A DNA stretch of 32,865 nt. Source: a bacterium. Its GTDB lineage: Bacteria > Zhuqueibacterota > Zhuqueibacteria > Oceanimicrobiales > Oceanimicrobiaceae. Where the stretch lies: the NCBI GenBank assembly GCA_046757525.1, contig JBHHYI010000030.1, forward strand, positions 1 to 32,865, written 5' to 3'. A model generated the notes under the pieces. The model saw only the letters and a list, made by a program, of their open reading frames with translations. It made no database searches and was not told the DNA's origin. A program made the translations under genes and the position numbers. Below are positions 9,082 to 17,928 of this stretch, in pieces; positions within the stretch are counted from its first letter, which is position 1; each line of letters begins with the position of its first letter.

Positions 9082-9194
9082 AGTCGTCCTGAGTAGTCCC
9101 GACCGCCTTTTGGTCGGGACATATCGAAGCCCGTCACCACGCGATACGGTCACTTGAACAGCAGTAACCTACTCGCAAATTGCTCTCTGGCAAC
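9082..9194. repeat. Palindromic repeat unit, copy 2 (10-bp deletion relative to copy 1)
   Basis: Near-identical to 8642-8764 but lacks ggatgactcg between two ACTCG direct repeats. Confidence 0.85.
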
Positions 9195-9247
9195 CAGGCC
9201 CTCGCAGCAGAGACTGACCGTTGATTATCATTTCCTTCGTTTAAAAC

Positions 9248-9276
9248 TTGCTATTTAAAATAATTTTAAATAATTT
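9248..9276 (+). promoter_or_regulatory. Putative sigma-70 promoter for the ktr operon
   Basis: TTGCTA-N17-TAATTT, 35 bp upstream of the ATG. Confidence 0.5.
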
Positions 9277-9311
9277 GAGGGTTAATTCCACGTAACAAAA
9301 CCAATTAGAAA

Positions 9312-10736
9312 ATGCTCCTGAGAACGAGAAAAGCAAAAAAGCAATTGTTCACGAGTTCCGAATTGTTAAAACCCAGGCGCTTTGACCTTTTTAAGTATCC
9401 CGCCCGCATCTTAATCTTTAGCTTCATCATTATAATAACAACTGGAACTATTCTCTTGATGACCCCCCTGGCCACGGTGGGCGAACGTCTTTCCTTTATC
9501 GATGCCTTGTTTACAGCAACGTCGGCAACTTGTGTCACCGGTCTCATCGTGGTGGACACGGCATCGAAGTTCACCTTGTTTGGGCAAGCGGTTATTCTCA
9601 TCCTCATTCAAATTGGTGGTCTGGGCATCATGACGCTTTCAACGTTTTTTGTTTATTTGATCGCTGGACGCATCTCCATGACGGAACGAGAGATCATCCA
9701 GGATACCCTGAGCCAGCATCTGATATCGGATTTGGGGCGCTTGTTGAAATCTGTGTTCTGGGTGACTATGACCATTGAAGCCATTGGCGGCATACTTTTG
9801 ACTTTGAAATTCGTGCAGACCCAGGCTTTGTCAAAAGCGCTGTTTAGCGCGCTGTTTCATACCGTCTCCGCATTCTGCAACGCGGGCTTTTCCGTGCAGT
9901 CGAACAGCTTCCTCGATTACAACGCAGACCTTTACACAAATGTGGTGCTGATGGGTTTAATCATTCTGGGGGGCCTGGGCTTTATCGTCATCTTCGATAT
10001 TTTTCAAAATAAGAGAGCGCTCCTCCACCTGCGTTTCTCAAAATTATCCTTTCACAGCCGCATTGTACTGCTTACCTCCAGCATCTTGACTTTTGGGGGC
10101 GCATTGGTCATTTTGGGCCTGGAATACGACAACAGCCTGCAACAAGTGTCTTTGCCAACGAAATTGATTGCGTCCTTGTTTCAATCCGTTACCTGCAGAA
10201 CCGCTGGTTTCAACACATTGGAAATTGGCACCTTAGCCAATTCCACTTTGTTTTTTATGGCGCTGCTCATGTTTGTTGGCGCCTCGCCCGGTTCTTGTGG
10301 CGGCGGCATTAAAACCAGCACCTTCGCCGTTCTCACAGCCTCCGTGTTAGCCAGATTTAGACTGCAGGAAGACGTCAACATTTTTTACCGCCGGATCCCA
10401 AACGCCACGGTTTCGCGCGCCATTTCAATTGCCATCTTTTCAGCCGTGATCGTGGTGCTGTTCACGATGGTCATTCTCATCACAGAACTGCATGACCGGC
10501 CACACCCGGAAAGCCGGGGCATGTTCTTGGAATACATGTTTGAAGTGGTATCAGCCTTCGGGACTGTGGGCCTGAGCACCGGCGTTACCGCAGAGCTCAG
10601 CAAATTGGGCCGCGTGCTCATCACTATTCTGATGTTTATCGGAAGACTGGGCCCCGTCACCATTGCGCTGGCTGTACAAGGTCGAGAAACAGCGCCAAAG
10701 TTCAAGTATATTCGGGAAAGAGTCTTGGTCGGGTAA
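9312..10736 (+). CDS. ktrB: Trk/Ktr potassium uptake membrane subunit (KtrB/TrkH family)
   Basis: Four pore motifs TATSATCVTGL, SAFCNAGF, CRTAGF and SAFGTVGLS, plus GASPGSCGGGIK and MFIGRLGP. Confidence 0.95.
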   Translation: MLLRTRKAKKQLFTSSELLKPRRFDLFKYPARILIFSFIIIITTGTILLMTPLATVGERLSFIDALFTATSATCVTGLIVVDTASKFTLFGQAVILILIQIGGLGIMTLSTFFVYLIAGRISMTEREIIQDTLSQHLISDLGRLLKSVFWVTMTIEAIGGILLTLKFVQTQALSKALFSALFHTVSAFCNAGFSVQSNSFLDYNADLYTNVVLMGLIILGGLGFIVIFDIFQNKRALLHLRFSKLSFHSRIVLLTSSILTFGGALVILGLEYDNSLQQVSLPTKLIASLFQSVTCRTAGFNTLEIGTLANSTLFFMALLMFVGASPGSCGGGIKTSTFAVLTASVLARFRLQEDVNIFYRRIPNATVSRAISIAIFSAVIVVLFTMVILITELHDRPHPESRGMFLEYMFEVVSAFGTVGLSTGVTAELSKLGRVLITILMFIGRLGPVTIALAVQGRETAPKFKYIRERVLVG

Positions 10737-10780
10737 GATCCACTACACCGAAGCCATTAACCAGCAAGGAGTGAATTGGA

Positions 10781-11437
10781 ATGAAAACATTTGCCATCAT
10801 TGGCCTGAGCACCTTCGGACAGTACATGGCACAATTTCTCTCGGAAAGAAATCTCGATGTGGTGGTCATCGATTCCGACGAAAAACGCGTCGAGAAGGTA
10901 AAACCTTTTGTCAACAAAGGAATCATAGCGGACGCGACAGATAAGGCGACGCTAAGAAATCTCGGTTTGGGTGAAATGGATGCCGTCATCGTCAGCCTGG
11001 GGGAACAAATCGACGCCAGCCTCTTGGTCGTGCTTTATTTGAAAGAATTAGGGGTAACGGAAATCTATGTGAAGGCCCTCTCTGAAGAACACGGCAAAAT
11101 TCTTCACATCATCGGGGCTGAAAACATCATCTTTCCGGAAAGAGACAGCGCCTTCAATCTCGCCCAGAGAATCGACAATCCGGATGTCTTGGAATACATC
11201 CCCCTAACCGAAGGCTACAGCATACTCGACTTAGCGCCGCCATCGCATTTTATCGGGAAAAAGCTGGGCGAACTGGATCTCAGAAACAAATACGGCATTC
11301 AGGTGATCATCATCAAGGAAATCATACCGGAAAATATCATCCTCATTCCCAGGGCCAATCATGTCATCAAAGACAGCGACATCCTGGTCGTTATGGGAGA
11401 AAATAAAGACCTGGAAAAGTTGAAAAAGCTCAAATAA
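10781..11437 (+). CDS. ktrA: Trk/Ktr potassium uptake regulatory RCK subunit (KtrA/TrkA family)
   Basis: FAIIGLSTFG Rossmann motif, IIFPERD and a C-terminal TrkA-C domain; AAGGAG RBS. Confidence 0.93.
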   Translation: MKTFAIIGLSTFGQYMAQFLSERNLDVVVIDSDEKRVEKVKPFVNKGIIADATDKATLRNLGLGEMDAVIVSLGEQIDASLLVVLYLKELGVTEIYVKALSEEHGKILHIIGAENIIFPERDSAFNLAQRIDNPDVLEYIPLTEGYSILDLAPPSHFIGKKLGELDLRNKYGIQVIIIKEIIPENIILIPRANHVIKDSDILVVMGENKDLEKLKKLK

Positions 11438-11458
11438 CTAAAAAGTCGAGGTATAATA

Positions 11459-12745
11459 ATGAAAAGGAAATTGTTTCGAAAAACAGCGGCTTTTTCCAGC
11501 TTTTGTTTGGCATGGCTGATTCTTGCCACACCACTGTCAGCCGATGAAAAGTCTGACTACTCCTTTTATATCAATGCCCTGGAAAACTTGAAAGACACAA
11601 AATTTTCAAACATCTTGATTGACCAGATCAGGGAATATGTGATGCGGTACCCGGACGCCCAAAATCTCGACGACATGCAATTCCTGATTGCAACCCTTTA
11701 CAATAATAATAAACATGAACTTGAATCCTTTGTGGCTCATACGGAGCTGATCTACCTTTATCCGGATTCCAAACACTTGGAGGTGGCCAAAGACCGGGTC
11801 CGCAGTCTTCTGATGCGAAAGAAGAAGTTCAAGCCGCTGAGGGAACAAACCGAAGCCATTCTCCAGCCTGCCCTGGTGGACTCGACTTCAGAGGGAAGGT
11901 TTTATTCATTTATCAAGAATCTATTTGACTTGCGCTTCGCACCCGTAACGAAAATGTTGATCGAAGCCTGTGATCGATTCCTCACGAAATACCCGTCGAC
12001 CCGGAAGTCTGAGGAGGTCCTCTACTGGAAAGCTGAGCTGTTGAACCTGGACCGACAGTATCGCCAGGCCCTTGCCACGTACATGAAATTAACCTTTCTG
12101 TACAAGAAGAGCATTCTGGTCACTTCAAGCAAATTGCGCATGGCTTCCCTATTCACAAACAAGTTGGAGAAGCACCAAAATGCCATTCTCACCCTGGAAG
12201 AATTCCTGGTGGAATATCCTGAGGACCCGCAAGCTGGATTTGCGCTGCTGACCATGGCGAAAATCATCGAGAAGAAAAAGAAAAAGCCCCTGGAAGCTCT
12301 TGAAGCTTATCTGGATGTGGCGAAAAAATACCCCAAAAGTCTGGAAGCTGTGCCGGCGCTATTCGAAGCAGCCCGCCTTTATGAAGACAAGTTCAAGGAA
12401 TACGACCAGGCCATCAGAGTTTACACCCAGGTGGTTCGGGATTTCGGCGACGATATCAAAGCGCCCTATGCTTTGGCCGAAGCCGGCCGGATCTACGAAA
12501 AGGAGCTCAAGGACTACGCCAACGCCGCCAACGTCTATTACAAGATTTTCGAACAATATCCGGATAACAGGTTAGCGCCGGAGTATCTTTACAAAGCGGC
12601 GGAGATCTACGAGAAAAAGCTGCAAGACCTGGATCAAGCTCTTGCTCATTACCGAAAAATCGTCGACAACTACCCCAACGAAAAAATCGCTGAGAAGGCG
12701 AGCAAGAAAATCGACAAAATAAACAAGGCCGCGAACCACCAGTAA
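11459..12745 (+). CDS. Secreted/periplasmic tetratricopeptide repeat protein (BamD/YbgF-like repeats)
   Basis: Signal peptide ending PLSA; repeated YPxSxxAxxAL(F/Y)xAAxIYE motifs; GAGGT RBS. Confidence 0.85.
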   Translation: MKRKLFRKTAAFSSFCLAWLILATPLSADEKSDYSFYINALENLKDTKFSNILIDQIREYVMRYPDAQNLDDMQFLIATLYNNNKHELESFVAHTELIYLYPDSKHLEVAKDRVRSLLMRKKKFKPLREQTEAILQPALVDSTSEGRFYSFIKNLFDLRFAPVTKMLIEACDRFLTKYPSTRKSEEVLYWKAELLNLDRQYRQALATYMKLTFLYKKSILVTSSKLRMASLFTNKLEKHQNAILTLEEFLVEYPEDPQAGFALLTMAKIIEKKKKKPLEALEAYLDVAKKYPKSLEAVPALFEAARLYEDKFKEYDQAIRVYTQVVRDFGDDIKAPYALAEAGRIYEKELKDYANAANVYYKIFEQYPDNRLAPEYLYKAAEIYEKKLQDLDQALAHYRKIVDNYPNEKIAEKASKKIDKINKAANHQ

Positions 12746-12840
12746 CTGACTAACGCCCGCACCCTGTCGCCCCGTCTGTGCTTGGTTCCGATTTGCTGAG
12801 GTTAGGGCGAGAACACGTCAGAGGCGTGGGACAAAGATGC

Positions 12841-13698
12841 TCAGACCAGAATGGGCACGATGGAGACCGAGAGGTCTTCGGAGACCACCACAAAATGGTT
12901 CGGCGGTACCTCGTGCCAATCCTCCTCCAAATCGGTGAGCTTTTCGGAAACGATGAGAACGGCGTGCTCGGAAGGCTCGGAACGCTCCATTTTACAAACG
13001 CCGTCGTAACATTCATACCGGCTCCCTTCCGAATGGTACAGCGTGGGCGGATTCAAATCCGGATCGGAGACGTAGCGTGTTGCCACCATAAACTTGCCGT
13101 TGGTCATGGCAACATTGAGAAAGAACGGCTCGTGGATGCCCTGCTGTTGCGTCAGCTCTCTGAGTTCAGCGATGGTTTCCTCCAGGGAAGTGACGAAATT
13201 CTGGCTGCTCTGGCCATTTCCGTTTTTCAGCAAGGCATTCAAAAATAGCGCGAAAAAATGCTCTGAATCCGTTTCCCCTTTAATCCAATTGTAAATCTCA
13301 TCCGAAAGTCGCTGCCTCAGGCTACGCTTCAGGGCCGAAAAACTCTTGATATTGCCGTTGTGCATGAATAACAAGTTCTTATAATGAAACGGGTGACAGT
13401 TGTCCTCGGCAACATCTCCTGTGCTGGCGGCGCGCACGTGAGCAAAAATGCAATTTGACCGGATCTTTGGTGCAATGTAACGCAGATTCTTGTTGTTCCA
13501 CGCCGGGCGAACCGAGACGAACACCGCCGGTGTGGCGTCGATGGCCGGGACGTACCAACCCACCCCGAACCCATCGCCATTCAGGGGCTCCTCTCTTTCC
13601 TGGGCTTTGTAGCTCTGGCGGATCAAAGAATTTGCGGGCTGGTAAAGCAGTTTGTCCATGAGGATGGGCGCCCCAATATAAGCAAGAAATCGGCACAT
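12841..13698 (-). CDS. Class II glutamine amidotransferase (EgtC/Dug3-like Ntn hydrolase)
   Basis: N-terminal MCR (catalytic Cys2), NGDGFGVGWY, AHVRAA, NCHPF, MHNG, GETDSE. Confidence 0.93.
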   Translation of the reverse strand: MCRFLAYIGAPILMDKLLYQPANSLIRQSYKAQEREEPLNGDGFGVGWYVPAIDATPAVFVSVRPAWNNKNLRYIAPKIRSNCIFAHVRAASTGDVAEDNCHPFHYKNLLFMHNGNIKSFSALKRSLRQRLSDEIYNWIKGETDSEHFFALFLNALLKNGNGQSSQNFVTSLEETIAELRELTQQQGIHEPFFLNVAMTNGKFMVATRYVSDPDLNPPTLYHSEGSRYECYDGVCKMERSEPSEHAVLIVSEKLTDLEEDWHEVPPNHFVVVSEDLSVSIVPILV

Positions 13699-13778
13699 GG
13701 TTTGGTCCTTTGTTTAGACTCTCTGAAAGCAGTTTTTTCCCTTCGATTGATTCTGGCGTCCCCGGGTCTTGTGTCGCC

Positions 13779-14699
13779 TCACAACAACGATTTGCCGAAG
13801 GATTTGACCGTAAACACGGGACAGGGGGCCCGTCGCACCACCTTTTCAGCAATGCTGCCGATGAGAAAGTGTTCAATGCCGGTCAGACCGTGCGTGGCGA
13901 TGACGATGAGGTCCGAATCCTGTTCCTCGGCAAATTTCACGATGTCGCGGGCGGCCCGGCCCTCAGCCACCTGAACCTCTATTTCTACCGTCGGCCCTGG
14001 CGTTTCGTCGAACATCTTGCGCAACCCTGCTTCCGATTTGGCTTTAATGTCCGGCACCAAATCAAAAATCGAGGACTCGCCGGTGACATAAAAGGCCGGA
14101 TGCAGGCTCTCTTCAATGATGTGCAGAAGCGCCAGCTTAGCCTTGTACCTTGCAGCCATGGCTTTAGCGTAGGCCAGCGCCGTCTTAGAATGGTCGGAAA
14201 AATCCAGCGGTACCAGAATGTTTCTAATGTTTTCTACCGATTTTGGCGTCTTCTGTTGCCGGACGGTAAACACCGAACAGCGGGCCATGCGCACCACTTC
14301 CTCCGCCACGCTGCCCATAAACAGATGCTCCAGCCCCCGGTGTCCGTGGGTGCCCATGACGATGAGGTCCATATCCTCGCTCTGTGCATAATCCAGGATG
14401 ACGGCCGCTGGCGCAATGCCGCGGACCTGCGCCTGCTTAATGCTTAGCCCTTCGACCTGGTGATTGCCGATGTCGGCGGCCATTTGAGTGGCAGCCAAAT
14501 CTTTAAGCTTTTGCTGCAGCTCTGCAACGTTGGGAAAATGGTGCGCCGAATTATGTGGGTCATCCTCATGCAAGACAATGGCATGAAGCAAATGAAGCTC
14601 AGCCTGGTACTGCCTGGCCCAAAAAAGGGCATGAGGCAGGGCCTGATTGGCACTGGGCGAAAAATCTGTCGGGTGAAGAATCCTTTTTATCTTAAGCAT
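13779..14699 (-). CDS. Tandem-domain universal stress protein
   Basis: Two USP domains: ILHPTDFS...DLIVMGTHG..G..GSVAEEVVR and ILVPLDFS...DLIVIATHG...GSIAEKVVRRAPCPV. Confidence 0.95.
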   Translation of the reverse strand: MLKIKRILHPTDFSPSANQALPHALFWARQYQAELHLLHAIVLHEDDPHNSAHHFPNVAELQQKLKDLAATQMAADIGNHQVEGLSIKQAQVRGIAPAAVILDYAQSEDMDLIVMGTHGHRGLEHLFMGSVAEEVVRMARCSVFTVRQQKTPKSVENIRNILVPLDFSDHSKTALAYAKAMAARYKAKLALLHIIEESLHPAFYVTGESSIFDLVPDIKAKSEAGLRKMFDETPGPTVEIEVQVAEGRAARDIVKFAEEQDSDLIVIATHGLTGIEHFLIGSIAEKVVRRAPCPVFTVKSFGKSLL

Positions 14700-14837
14700 G
14701 TCACAACTCCCTCCTTCATTTCATTACAAGAGTACTGCGAAAGCTTGGGTGCGACAATTTAATCCTTTAAAAGCATTATTTCAACAAAAAAAACCAGACG
14801 AATCGTACAACCTCAGTCCCTGTCAGGGCAACCTCTC

Positions 14838-14969
14838 GGGGCTGTCCAAAAAGGTCCATTTTTGTGTCATTCCCGCGGAAGCGGGAATCTATAACTTGTT
14901 GATTTTTCTGGATTCCTGCTTTCGCAGGAATGACACCCCGGGGGCCTTCTTGATTTTTTGGACAACCCC
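14838..14969. mobile_element. MITE-like element with dRS3/RPE-type internal palindromes
   Basis: TIRs GGGGCTGTCCAAAAA / TTTTTGGACAACCCC. Internal GTCATTCCCGCGGAAGCGGGAATC and inverted GATTCCTGCTTTCGCAGGAATGAC. Confidence 0.75.
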
Positions 14970-15034
14970 ATGAGCACAGTTGGTTACCCCACGGCCACGG
15001 AGGGGTTACGGCGAATCTTGGAACAGCGCTGATG

Positions 15035-15063
15035 TTGCAAAAGTCAAATAAATGTCATACATT
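15035..15063 (+). promoter_or_regulatory. Putative sigma-70 promoter for the PAS sigma-54 activator
   Basis: TTGCAA-N17-TACATT, 25 bp upstream of the ATG. Confidence 0.5.
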
Positions 15064-15088
15064 AAGTTGACTCAACTGGAAAATAGGC

Positions 15089-16432
15089 ATGGGTAACCGT
15101 TCGCAAAAATTGCTCACAGCCTCGCACGCAGATATCATCTTGGACAGCATTGCAGAAGGCGTTTTTACGGTGGACCAAAACCGAGTGATCACTTATTTCA
15201 ACCGGGCTGCTGAAAGGATCACCGGCGTGTCACGGCAGGACGCCATTGGGCAGTACTGTTTCGAAGTGCTGCGCTCCAACATCTGTGAGAAAACCTGCGC
15301 ACTAAAATGCACCTTCAATACCGGTGAGGTGATCATCGACAAGCACGTCAACATTCTGCGTTCAGATGGCAAACAGATACCGGTAAGCATCAGCACTTCC
15401 ATTCTGAGGGATGAAACCGGCCAGGTTGCCGGCGGCGTGGAAACTTTCCGGGACCTTTCCGCCCTCGAGGAATTACGCAAGGAAATCAGACGGCACTATA
15501 CGTTCGAGGACATCATCTCCAAAAACCACCGCATTCTCCAAATCTTCGACATTCTCCCCAATGTGGCCAAGAGCGAAAGCACGGTGCTGATTCAGGGACC
15601 CAGCGGTTCGGGCAAGGAGTTGTTTGCCCGCGCCATCCACCATTTGAGCCCGCGCCGGAAGGGGCCTTTTGTGCCCATCAACTGTGGCGCTTTGCCCGAC
15701 ACGCTGCTGGAATCGGAGCTTTTCGGCTACGTTCGGGGGGCGTTCACCGATGCCAAACGAGACAAGCCCGGCCGCTTTGCTTTGGCAAGAAAAGGTACGA
15801 TCCTTTTGGACGAGGTCGACAGCCTGTCGCCTGCGACACAAGTGAAGCTGCTGCGTGTGTTGCAAGAAAAGGAGTTCGAACCGCTGGGCGCAACTTCCCG
15901 GCTTAAAGCGGACGTGCGGGTGATCGCCGCTTCCAAAGAAGACATCGCCACGCTGGTCGAACAAGGGCGCTTTCGCGACGACTTGTATTTCCGCTTGAAT
16001 GTAGTCAAAATAGATCTGCCGCCGCTGACCGATCGACGCGACGACATCCCCCTGCTCATCAGTCATTTTATCGACAAGTTCAACCGCAAAATGGGACGCG
16101 ACATCTCCGGTGTGTCCGATGAAGTATTAAAGGTGCTGATACAGTTCGAGTTTCCAGGCAATGTCCGCCAACTGGAAAACATCATCGAACACGCCTTCGT
16201 CATGTGTCGTCAGCACGAAATCCAACTTCAACATCTCCCACCAGAACTGACCCGCTCAAGAGCAAACCGCATCCCCCCGGACGGAGATCAATCCTTTCTC
16301 AAGAGCGTCGAACGGGACACCATTCTGGAAGCTTTAAACCAACATGGCTGGAACAAGGTCGCGACCGCCAGAGCCCTGGGTGTGCACCGGACGTCGCTGT
16401 GGCGGAAAATGAAAAAGTACGGCTTGATCTAA
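15089..16432 (+). CDS. PAS-domain sigma-54-dependent Fis-family transcriptional activator (OrpR-like architecture)
   Basis: PAS domain with Cys cluster (CFEV..SNICEKTC..KC); GPSGSGKE, ESELFG, GAFTDA, LLDEV, FRDDLYFRL, FPGNVRQLEN; C-terminal HTH. Confidence 0.95.
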   Translation: MGNRSQKLLTASHADIILDSIAEGVFTVDQNRVITYFNRAAERITGVSRQDAIGQYCFEVLRSNICEKTCALKCTFNTGEVIIDKHVNILRSDGKQIPVSISTSILRDETGQVAGGVETFRDLSALEELRKEIRRHYTFEDIISKNHRILQIFDILPNVAKSESTVLIQGPSGSGKELFARAIHHLSPRRKGPFVPINCGALPDTLLESELFGYVRGAFTDAKRDKPGRFALARKGTILLDEVDSLSPATQVKLLRVLQEKEFEPLGATSRLKADVRVIAASKEDIATLVEQGRFRDDLYFRLNVVKIDLPPLTDRRDDIPLLISHFIDKFNRKMGRDISGVSDEVLKVLIQFEFPGNVRQLENIIEHAFVMCRQHEIQLQHLPPELTRSRANRIPPDGDQSFLKSVERDTILEALNQHGWNKVATARALGVHRTSLWRKMKKYGLI

Positions 16433-16435
16433 CAG

Positions 16436-17833
16436 TCAGAATTTCCGAATCTCGTTTTTCCAGTCTTCATTCATAGGCTCACCCCGTTTGGTGGAGTGAA
16501 TCTGCATATACTCGCCGAATTCTTGCAGGTCCGCAAAAACGAAAATAACCCCACCTTCGATCTGGTCGTAGTGCCAGATTTCGTAACAGTAAGAGAGCGG
16601 GTTATTGGGAAATCTTTCGATCTCTGAAGGTGGGCCGTAGAGGATATAAACGCGACCGCGGTCCGTTTTCCACCCCGGGCGGGTGTAACTGCCAAAATGC
16701 TCGTCGCAGTATTTCAGCCGTCGCTGGTATTCCATCCTGAATTCGTTGGTGGCCGTCGCGGGGGTTGGGTCCCTGCGCAGCCAAAACTCAAAAAGATAAG
16801 CTCTTTTGGCTTCTACCTCCTTGAGGTTGTTGTAGAGCTCTTGCTCTTGTTGCGTAACGATATATTTAGCAGTGACAAAATCAGAATCCAACTGTGCTGC
16901 ACTCATGCCGGCGAATTCACTGTTGGCCACGGCCGCCTGCCCCGGTGTTGATGCAATCTTAAGGGTGTCCGTCAGACCTGGATTGTAAATGAAAAGTTTC
17001 TTCGAGGTTGTTTGCAAGAGCTTGTCCCGGGCGTCCAAAATCTCAAATAGAAAATTGTAGACGCCTGAGGGCAGGGAGGCAATATTCACCGTACCAATCT
17101 CTACACTCGATCCGACCATTTTTTTCACATGCAATTGCGGCTTGATGCTGCTCACGGGTTGATTCTCCAGATCCGTAATCTGGCAACGGGTCTTGTAAAG
17201 GCCGCCTTCCATGCCTTTGCTCAGGTTGTAAGCTTCAAGGTAAAAGTAAACGATTGGGTTGGCTTGACCAAAGATTCTTGCAGGTTCGGGGATCACCTCC
17301 AGGCCATTTTTGTAAAACGGGTCTCCGGAAGCTTCGGCGTGTTTTCTTATGGCGCTGGCAAGCTCAATATCGCTCAGTTGGAGCGTATTCTCTGAAAATG
17401 CCTGGATGGTAAGGTCCCTTTGCACGGTGCGGGCAATCTGCGCGTTGTTCAGGTCCTCAACGTACACCGAGATCTGGTAATTCCCTGGCTGCATCAGATA
17501 ATGGACGACATCGACCATTTGGCTTCCCCGTCGGATTTGTGACGAGTCGGTCACAGACCTGGCCAGGCGCCAGGCCTTCTCCGCCCATTTTTCTCCGTCT
17601 TTTGTGATGGACAACTGCACCAGCACCTGAGCTTGCAAGGACCCGGATTCTGTGGTAACGAAGTCGAGCTCGGAAACAGGGATGGCGTAATACAACTCGG
17701 TGTAAGTATTCTGAGAGTTGTAGCGAAACGTTGCCACGTCCAGGGCAACGTTCAATTGTGCCAGCGCGTAGCATGGCGCCAATACGAGAAACAGACCAAT
17801 CAAGAAAGCGAGACCGCGTGTTTGGTTTTGCAT
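16436..17833 (-). CDS. GWxTD domain-containing secreted protein
   Basis: FWLRRDPTP...NEFRMEY..R and GWKTDRGRVYILYGPP; signal peptide from MQNQ (ATG 17833, AAGGA RBS). The longer ORF would overlap a terminator and the upstream gene. Confidence 0.92.
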   Translation of the reverse strand: MQNQTRGLAFLIGLFLVLAPCYALAQLNVALDVATFRYNSQNTYTELYYAIPVSELDFVTTESGSLQAQVLVQLSITKDGEKWAEKAWRLARSVTDSSQIRRGSQMVDVVHYLMQPGNYQISVYVEDLNNAQIARTVQRDLTIQAFSENTLQLSDIELASAIRKHAEASGDPFYKNGLEVIPEPARIFGQANPIVYFYLEAYNLSKGMEGGLYKTRCQITDLENQPVSSIKPQLHVKKMVGSSVEIGTVNIASLPSGVYNFLFEILDARDKLLQTTSKKLFIYNPGLTDTLKIASTPGQAAVANSEFAGMSAAQLDSDFVTAKYIVTQQEQELYNNLKEVEAKRAYLFEFWLRRDPTPATATNEFRMEYQRRLKYCDEHFGSYTRPGWKTDRGRVYILYGPPSEIERFPNNPLSYCYEIWHYDQIEGGVIFVFADLQEFGEYMQIHSTKRGEPMNEDWKNEIRKF

Positions 17834-17867
17834 TCGTATTCCTTGCGACGATGGTTGAAATGAAATT

Positions 17868-17908
17868 AAAAAGGTCGGTCTCATATTGAATATTGAACCG
17901 ACCTTTTT
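17868..17908. terminator. Bidirectional-type intrinsic terminator hairpin between the PorV-like and GWxTD genes
   Basis: AAAAAGGTCGGT ... ACCGACCTTTTT. Confidence 0.75.
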
Positions 17909-17928
17909 GTCCATGATTGGCTTTCGCC

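Noticed and set aside
8642..9194. Possible CRISPR array, or c-di-AMP (ydaO) riboswitch ahead of ktrB
   Set aside because: Only two long repeat copies, no regular spacers or cas genes, no ydaO consensus recognised, and the predicted promoter lies downstream of the repeats.
12841..13698. Calling the gene egtC or inferring an ergothioneine pathway
   Set aside because: No egtA, egtB or egtD neighbours; only the family-level call is supported.
13710..14447. 245-aa plus-strand ORF
   Set aside because: Antisense shadow of the USP gene.
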